A stretch of DNA of 64,000 nt from a virus. Under the pieces are notes generated by a model, which searched no databases, was not told where the DNA came from, and worked only from the letters and a program-made list of their open reading frames with translations. The position numbers were made by a program, and so were the translations under genes. The stretch covers positions 32,001 through 96,000 of the IMG/VR virus record IMGVR_UViG_3300010885_049703. One strand, given 5' to 3'. The first letter of the stretch is position 1; every line of letters begins with the position of its first letter. Of this stretch, positions 58,632 to 64,000 are shown piece after piece.

Positions 58632-58826
58632 TCAGTCCCGCGGCATTGTTGCTGCTTCTTTGATCAGCTCTACAAGTTCTTCAACTGTTGATACTATGAT
58701 TTTAGTATTCTTCCATTCGTCGTTGTCATCACGTCCGCCAACTTCAATCATAAATCCGTTGTCGTACATGTTGATAGTAAATGCTTCATTTACTTTAGTG
58801 AGTTTGTCACTGATTGTTGTTGCCAT
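58632..58826 (-). CDS. hypothetical protein
   Basis: AAGGAG SD; YDNGFMIEVGGRD. Confidence 0.65.
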   Translation of the reverse strand: MATTISDKLTKVNEAFTINMYDNGFMIEVGGRDDNDEWKNTKIIVSTVEELVELIKEAATMPRD

Positions 58827-58849
58827 GTTCTCTCCTTGATTAGTTGAAT

Positions 58850-59182
58850 TTACTTTTTTTTACCAAATAGTGATTTTGACTTCTTTGCTAATTCTTGCTG
58901 CCGCTTTTTTTCTGCTGCTTCTTTAGCATCGGCTGCTTTTTTGGCTGATTCTCGTTCTCGTTCAATACGAATTGCATCTTCTTGACCTTGTGCAATCATT
59001 TTTTTAAACAGCAGAATTACTCGATCCTTTTCTCGCTCTGAAATTATCTTGACAGCTTCTACTTTTCCTTCGTAACTTTTGGCACTGTCTAAGAAACCTT
59101 CGGGTACTGCTAGTTTCTTTTTCTTGGGTTTTAATGCATCTAACTTCTTTTTAAACTCTTCTGGGGTGTCTTCTGTGGACAT
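58850..59182 (-). CDS. Lys/Glu-rich hypothetical protein
   Basis: AGGA SD; highly charged. Confidence 0.6.
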   Translation of the reverse strand: MSTEDTPEEFKKKLDALKPKKKKLAVPEGFLDSAKSYEGKVEAVKIISEREKDRVILLFKKMIAQGQEDAIRIERERESAKKAADAKEAAEKKRQQELAKKSKSLFGKKK

Positions 59183-59255
59183 GGTTTTTATTTCCTATAA
59201 TATAGTGAGTTCCCCCACTATACTATGTATCAATTAACCATGCTGGATTATCCCA

Positions 59256-60023
59256 TCATCTAGGCGCAAACTCTTGTTGTAGTTTGATATTGTCCATGAA
59301 CTCTTTCTTGACACTGGGGTCATCTTTGAATGCACCTGTTAGCACAGTGGTTTGTGTCAATGAACTATGTGCCATGATGCCGCGATTCTCACAGCAACCA
59401 TGTGTGGCTTGTATGTACACACCTACGTTTTTACTGCCAGTGGCCTTCATGATCTCTCTAGCGATATCATTGCACAACTCTTCTTGTAGTGTGCCACGGC
59501 GAGCACACCACTGAGCAATGCGAGTATACTTGCTCAAACCAATGAGCTTTTGAGCAGCAATGATTCCAATGTATGCAACTCCGCTGACTGGTTGATGATG
59601 GTGACTGCACATACTACGAAGCTCGCTGCGAACAACCAGCATGCCTTCATAACGGTCTGTTGTGTCGTTTGGAAATGCTGTTGCATCTGGAGCAGGTTCG
59701 TATCTTCCTGCCATGATTTCGTTAAAGTACATCTTGGCTAATCTACGTGCTGTGCCTTGACTGTTAGGATCTGTTTCGCGATCAATCAGCAATCGATCTA
59801 GCACAGTTTCAAATGCTTCTTCGGCTTCGTCAATTAGTCTAGATTTCTGATCGTCATTAACATAACCACTGATGTTATCACCGGCCCAGAAACGTTTCTT
59901 ATCATGTTTCATTTGGGTACGTATTGCATCAGCTAGATATGATTCTTGATAATCTTTATCACCTGCTGTTGTATTTGACGTCGGTTCGTCATCGCCGTCT
60001 ACATACATTTTTTCATATACCAT
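59256..60023 (-). CDS. folE: GTP cyclohydrolase I
   Basis: SMCSHH, IGLSK, LQE, HGCCENRG. Confidence 0.93.
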   Translation of the reverse strand: MVYEKMYVDGDDEPTSNTTAGDKDYQESYLADAIRTQMKHDKKRFWAGDNISGYVNDDQKSRLIDEAEEAFETVLDRLLIDRETDPNSQGTARRLAKMYFNEIMAGRYEPAPDATAFPNDTTDRYEGMLVVRSELRSMCSHHHQPVSGVAYIGIIAAQKLIGLSKYTRIAQWCARRGTLQEELCNDIAREIMKATGSKNVGVYIQATHGCCENRGIMAHSSLTQTTVLTGAFKDDPSVKKEFMDNIKLQQEFAPR

Positions 60024-60079
60024 ATTATCTCCGAGTTTTAGACGTGGATGTCTATAGGTTAATTATAAACATATTTAGA

Positions 60080-61231
60080 TCACTTGTCAAGCCCAAGTTC
60101 TTCTTCTAGTTGGCGAACTGGAGAACTCCAGTCATTGGTGAAGTTTCTTATGTACTGAATGTTATCTAAATCTTTCTGGGTTTGTAAAACAATTTCTTCA
60201 TTGGCAAAGTGTATGACCAATCCTCGACGTAAGGCAGTTTCCAAAAGTTCCTGGCGATAGTCATTGTCATCGGGTAAACTGAAAATACTAAACATGATGA
60301 GATGATTGACATTGCTGGTGTGAATCATGCTTTTCAAATGTGCATGATTTAGTCCTTCGTTCTCACCGTGTTGATAGGGAAACTTGTATCCTTTCTTGGT
60401 ACAATAATGTCGAACTGCCAAGGTTTGGAAATGCAGATCAATGTTGCGTGTTTTGACACCATCGTACTCCATGTAGCACACTACAATATCTTTGGATTCA
60501 TCAATAGATACCACTGCTTCTGAACTTTGATCGTGCAGTGGTCTAAAATATGCACCAGGCCATTTGCGGTGTGGCTGACCATCTCTAACCAGCAATCTGA
60601 TATCAATACTGACACGAGTCTTATCAGTGCGGTTGGGAATATTGCCATGAATGTGTTCTTGGAAGAACAAATGCGCCTGACCAGGTTGCAATGTAATTGG
60701 CCAACTGTTGTCAGCACAAGTAGAGTCTAGGTATTCATAGCTCCAGTTTTCGCGTTTGGCCTGGCGTGTTATTTCCCTACTCTTATCCAGATCCATGATC
60801 TGCATTGAGTTAGATTCAAAACATGGAGTGAACGGCATCCACACAGTTCTAAGTCCAAGTCCGTTGCCTACCCACCGGCCTTGATGGAAGATCAACACAG
60901 CACCAAACTTGTCTTGATTGGGTATCAAGATTCGTAAGTTACCAAATTTTTGAATTAACACATCGGTGCCCAGTTGTGGAACAACATGCTCAGATACAAT
61001 TTCATCAAAGTGTTGATAAAAATCAGTTTTCAGCAAGGCATGACTCACAGTGTTTTGAACACGTTGTATGTCATGCGGTGGAATAACTTCATGTAGTGTA
61101 TCCAGTGATGTGGCATTGGGATACAATTTTTGAATCTCACCTAAAATGATAGCCGGCATGGGATGCTGGCCTAGATCATAATCTAAGGTTTGATTATCAA
61201 ATGCTGCTTGGTCTTGAGTCAATTGTGTCAT
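60080..61231 (-). CDS. Fe(II)/2OG enzyme (PhyH-like) with HxG motif, fused to a C-terminal domain resembling 'sporadic carbohydrate cluster' proteins
   Basis: FHQGRW..VWMP..HIHGN.PN..RVSIDIR; C-terminal RHYC..FSIFSLP..IHFANE. Confidence 0.65.
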   Translation of the reverse strand: MTQLTQDQAAFDNQTLDYDLGQHPMPAIILGEIQKLYPNATSLDTLHEVIPPHDIQRVQNTVSHALLKTDFYQHFDEIVSEHVVPQLGTDVLIQKFGNLRILIPNQDKFGAVLIFHQGRWVGNGLGLRTVWMPFTPCFESNSMQIMDLDKSREITRQAKRENWSYEYLDSTCADNSWPITLQPGQAHLFFQEHIHGNIPNRTDKTRVSIDIRLLVRDGQPHRKWPGAYFRPLHDQSSEAVVSIDESKDIVVCYMEYDGVKTRNIDLHFQTLAVRHYCTKKGYKFPYQHGENEGLNHAHLKSMIHTSNVNHLIMFSIFSLPDDNDYRQELLETALRRGLVIHFANEEIVLQTQKDLDNIQYIRNFTNDWSSPVRQLEEELGLDK

Positions 61232-63003
61232 AGTGTTTCCATCCTATTTTTAATAAGTCCTTTTCTTCTTGCAGTGTAAAAATCCCCAGTTGGACTTGAA
61301 CTTCTGGCAGTGAATTTATACATAGTAGATTCATGAGCTCCTGTTATTATATTATAACTGGTTGTCAAAGTCAACGGATACTGTTGATCAAAGTCAACAA
61401 TAAACCCGCGTTGTAATTCAATCAAATCTTGGTCAACTTCTGTCAACATTGACAGAGCCGACAACGCCAACTCGGCAGCGTCTTGTTGATGCTGGTACAT
61501 GAATTCATAACTGATGCTATGAATTGCATGCCCTCCCACTCCATCAATCACTCCTTGTGTGAGATACCGATGTGTTTTGCTACGCACAGTATGATAATGT
61601 TCTTGAAATACTGTACTAGTGGATATCAATTTAAATAACTGATCATACAACGTTTGATAGGCAATATTTTTAACTTGTCGAGCATATCTTGCAATAATTT
61701 GTGTATATCCCATGGCATGCCAATGTATGATCATCCAGGCATAGACATATCCTTCAATGATATCGTCTGTGGTCATAGTGCTGGTGCCTGCAACGATCTC
61801 AGTTTGCTCGGCCACCGCATCTTGATCACGACTATCAAGATTCATATAATCTTTGACCCATATGGTTTTTAATCCATACTGTTGTCGACTCTGTGCAGTG
61901 GCCAATTCACTATTCTCTAACATCTGAGCGAACCATATGTCTATGGAATTATGTTGCCCCAACTCCAATAACTCACAAAGTCCTTGAATCCACGTATGCT
62001 TGGTTTCTAATGGTAATCCGATGATTACTTCGGTGTATGTCGGCACTTGATATTGTTCACTGAGCTGCATGACTTCTCTGATATTGTTGACATCAAGATT
62101 TTTTCTTTTGATAGCCTCTAACGTAGATTCATTCATACTCTGTACGCTGACAGTAACACCACGCCCATATGGTCCTAGGGTCTTGGCAATTTCAAATATT
62201 GCATTGGTACTATTTTTGGCATACTGTATGTTGATGACTTCTATTGCGGAGTTTTCAGCTCGTTGTCGCATAAGCCTGCTGATCTCTAAATCTCTGTCAA
62301 CGAAAATTCCAAAATTAGCATCTGCACAAAAAATATATGCCACTTGATGTGAAGCAGCCCACTCCAACTCACTGTCAACTCTTTCAAGCCCAAAGCGTTT
62401 TATTTTACTGTATGTCACTCCGCCCCAGTCACAAAAGGTACAAGCATATGGACAACCACGGTTAGTTTCCAAGGTCATTGCCCAAACTGCATCAGGGTTT
62501 GCTGATATTATATTGTCAAACACTCCTGTGAGATACGGACTTGGTATATCTAAGTCTTGTAATCGATCAGCAGGATATAACGCATCCACGGTGTTGTTGT
62601 GTAATATACTTCTCAGTATCTTTACAAAACTTTCTTCACCTTCGGCCAGTGCAATAGCATCAATAAACTGATGTGCATACATTTGCGAGGAACTCTGAGG
62701 CCCACCAAATATTATCACACAATCAGGAAATTTAATTTTTACTTGTCGGGCCAACTCCAAACAATACTGTTCGTTCCACATGTAGCAGCTGAAGCCACAC
62801 AGCACAGGATCATCAAGCTCACAAATGACTTGATCAATCGGGTCTCGGCGAAAGTACAATCCAGCAAGTTGAAAATTATCAACTATGTCTGTGAACTGAC
62901 CGGCATAACTCCAAAGACATCCGGCACTGTAAGGTAACCAATAATTAGGCTTGTTCTGAAACTCTACAACATATTGCGGTTGAAACAAGTATACATTCTT
63001 CAC
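61228..63003 (-). CDS. B12-binding-type (class B) radical SAM protein
   Basis: GFSCYMWN, FGGP, EGEE, ETNRGCPYACTFCDWG, DANFG; GTG start coupled to the upstream stop. Confidence 0.87.
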   Translation of the reverse strand: MKNVYLFQPQYVVEFQNKPNYWLPYSAGCLWSYAGQFTDIVDNFQLAGLYFRRDPIDQVICELDDPVLCGFSCYMWNEQYCLELARQVKIKFPDCVIIFGGPQSSSQMYAHQFIDAIALAEGEESFVKILRSILHNNTVDALYPADRLQDLDIPSPYLTGVFDNIISANPDAVWAMTLETNRGCPYACTFCDWGGVTYSKIKRFGLERVDSELEWAASHQVAYIFCADANFGIFVDRDLEISRLMRQRAENSAIEVINIQYAKNSTNAIFEIAKTLGPYGRGVTVSVQSMNESTLEAIKRKNLDVNNIREVMQLSEQYQVPTYTEVIIGLPLETKHTWIQGLCELLELGQHNSIDIWFAQMLENSELATAQSRQQYGLKTIWVKDYMNLDSRDQDAVAEQTEIVAGTSTMTTDDIIEGYVYAWMIIHWHAMGYTQIIARYARQVKNIAYQTLYDQLFKLISTSTVFQEHYHTVRSKTHRYLTQGVIDGVGGHAIHSISYEFMYQHQQDAAELALSALSMLTEVDQDLIELQRGFIVDFDQQYPLTLTTSYNIITGAHESTMYKFTARSSSPTGDFYTARRKGLIKNRMETL

Positions 63004-63518
63004 TGCTGCAGCCCAGTGATTTGCATAGTATACCTGGAATGATTGCCAAAGTTTCCGGCTATGTGCGTGGCAGTTCCAGTCCAGGACACCCAATCACCGG
63101 CTCTCCAGTCATCAAAGCATTGACCATCACAGTGAAAGATTTGTCCCATTTGCCAGTTGGTCAAAAATATCAACACTCTTGTGATAGTTTCAATATCTGT
63201 AACATTGTGATTCTTGCTGTATCTTCTATACAAATCACCATGCAATGGTTGTATAAGTCCGGGCTGCATGTGATGAACAACTATAAATTTTTCTTTGAGT
63301 TCAGGCCACGGATCTTGGTGCCAAAAGTTATTGGTGTTGATGTCATCGGCAACTTCCAGTGAAATCATATCCCAATAGCGATCACGATCAGCTACATCAC
63401 TCCAGACATAGATATCTTCGCCACGACTGGGACTGTCAGACATATCCTTGCGTTGATAAACCAACTGATCTAATGTCTGTTGATTCCAAATTGGATCAAT
63501 ATGTCCGTGTCTGATCAT
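63000..63518 (-). CDS. 2OG-Fe(II) oxygenase-like protein
   Basis: PLHGD...THIAGN...RYTMQITG. Confidence 0.7.
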   Translation of the reverse strand: MIRHGHIDPIWNQQTLDQLVYQRKDMSDSPSRGEDIYVWSDVADRDRYWDMISLEVADDINTNNFWHQDPWPELKEKFIVVHHMQPGLIQPLHGDLYRRYSKNHNVTDIETITRVLIFLTNWQMGQIFHCDGQCFDDWRAGDWVSWTGTATHIAGNFGNHSRYTMQITGLQQ

Positions 63519-64000
63519 TTTATCTCTAAGTTATTGCGCCAAATTTCTATGGTACGATCTAGACCCTGTGAAAGATCAACTGTTGGCTGCCAGCCCAGCA
63601 ACTGGTGTATGAGATTGTTATTGCTATTCAACCAATAGATCTCACCAGGACGACGAGGTTTTGAATCCCAATGCATGGTTCCTGACCAGCCAATTTTATC
63701 GGCAATCATTGCAGCGTAGTTATCAATGCGTATGGGATCGTTTGGTCCCACAGTCATCACAATACCAGTGCCAACAACATCAGGATTTTCAATCACACGC
63801 ACCCAGGCTTCTAATAAGTCAGTAATAAAAATAAAATTACGATAAGGAGTTCGATAACCAAGGTAGACATGATCAGGATTTTTCAACATTTGTGTTATAA
63901 TTTGTTCAGTGACAAAGAAATCATTGTCACGACGGCCATAGCTATTAGTTTGACGTATAGCAGTCCAAGGAAACTCATGAGATCGATGCATGTACTCAAG
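63515..64000 (-). CDS. NAD-dependent epimerase/dehydratase (5' truncated by window)
   Basis: RQTNSYG, RNFIFITD, RPGEI, LGWQP..LSQGL. Confidence 0.8.
   Translation of the reverse strand, partial: LEYMHRSHEFPWTAIRQTNSYGRRDNDFFVTEQIITQMLKNPDHVYLGYRTPYRNFIFITDLLEAWVRVIENPDVVGTGIVMTVGPNDPIRIDNYAAMIADKIGWSGTMHWDSKPRRPGEIYWLNSNNNLIHQLLGWQPTVDLSQGLDRTIEIWRNNLEIK

Noticed and set aside
1-64000. CRISPR array, integrase, transposase, reverse transcriptase, intron or intein
   Set aside because: No repeat-spacer periodicity or diagnostic motifs seen; thyX, dnaK and the nuclease are uninterrupted
1-64000. Stop-codon reassignment
   Set aside because: Recognisable genes are full length in the standard code, all three stops are used, and no suppressor tRNA is present

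Overview
This 64-kb window is best read as part of a large or jumbo tailed dsDNA phage of a Gram-negative host, probably proteobacterial. The evidence is dense, overlapping genes, ThyX, a T4 RNase H-like nuclease, many small orphan ORFs, recurring TAAATA late-type and sigma70-type promoters, and scattered host-like genes with no housekeeping context. No capsid or terminase gene is in the window, so the phage call is an inference. Layout: (1) 1-24.7 kb is a glycan/small-molecule tailoring island with GT-like proteins, five tandem twitch/SPASM radical SAM enzymes, two amidinotransferases, a carbamoyltransferase, an FkbM methylase, epimerases, a DegT aminotransferase and a PIG-L deacetylase. (2) 25-35 kb holds thyX, a MoxR-AAA/VWA pair split by a third amidinotransferase, ahcY, rpoZ and rubrerythrin. 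(3) 35.5-40 kb is a phosphate-starvation island (PlcP-like phosphoesterase, Agt-like GT4, PstS, OprO/P porin) with two Pho-box-like promoters of identical geometry. (4) 40-48 kb holds a circularly permuted (two-piece) tmRNA, six tRNAs, dnaK, a PBP7-like peptidase and several unexplained structured RNAs fused to tRNA 3' ends. (5) 53-64 kb is a 7-deazaguanine cluster (folE, queD, queE) with a phosphoribosyltransferase, MazG-like and HIT hydrolases, a GT, a methylase, a B12-type radical SAM and Fe/2OG enzymes, one with a halogenase-type HxG motif. A preQ1-I-like riboswitch candidate precedes queD. All family calls come from motif recognition by eye and all RNA structures from manual pairing; no searches or folding programs were run.
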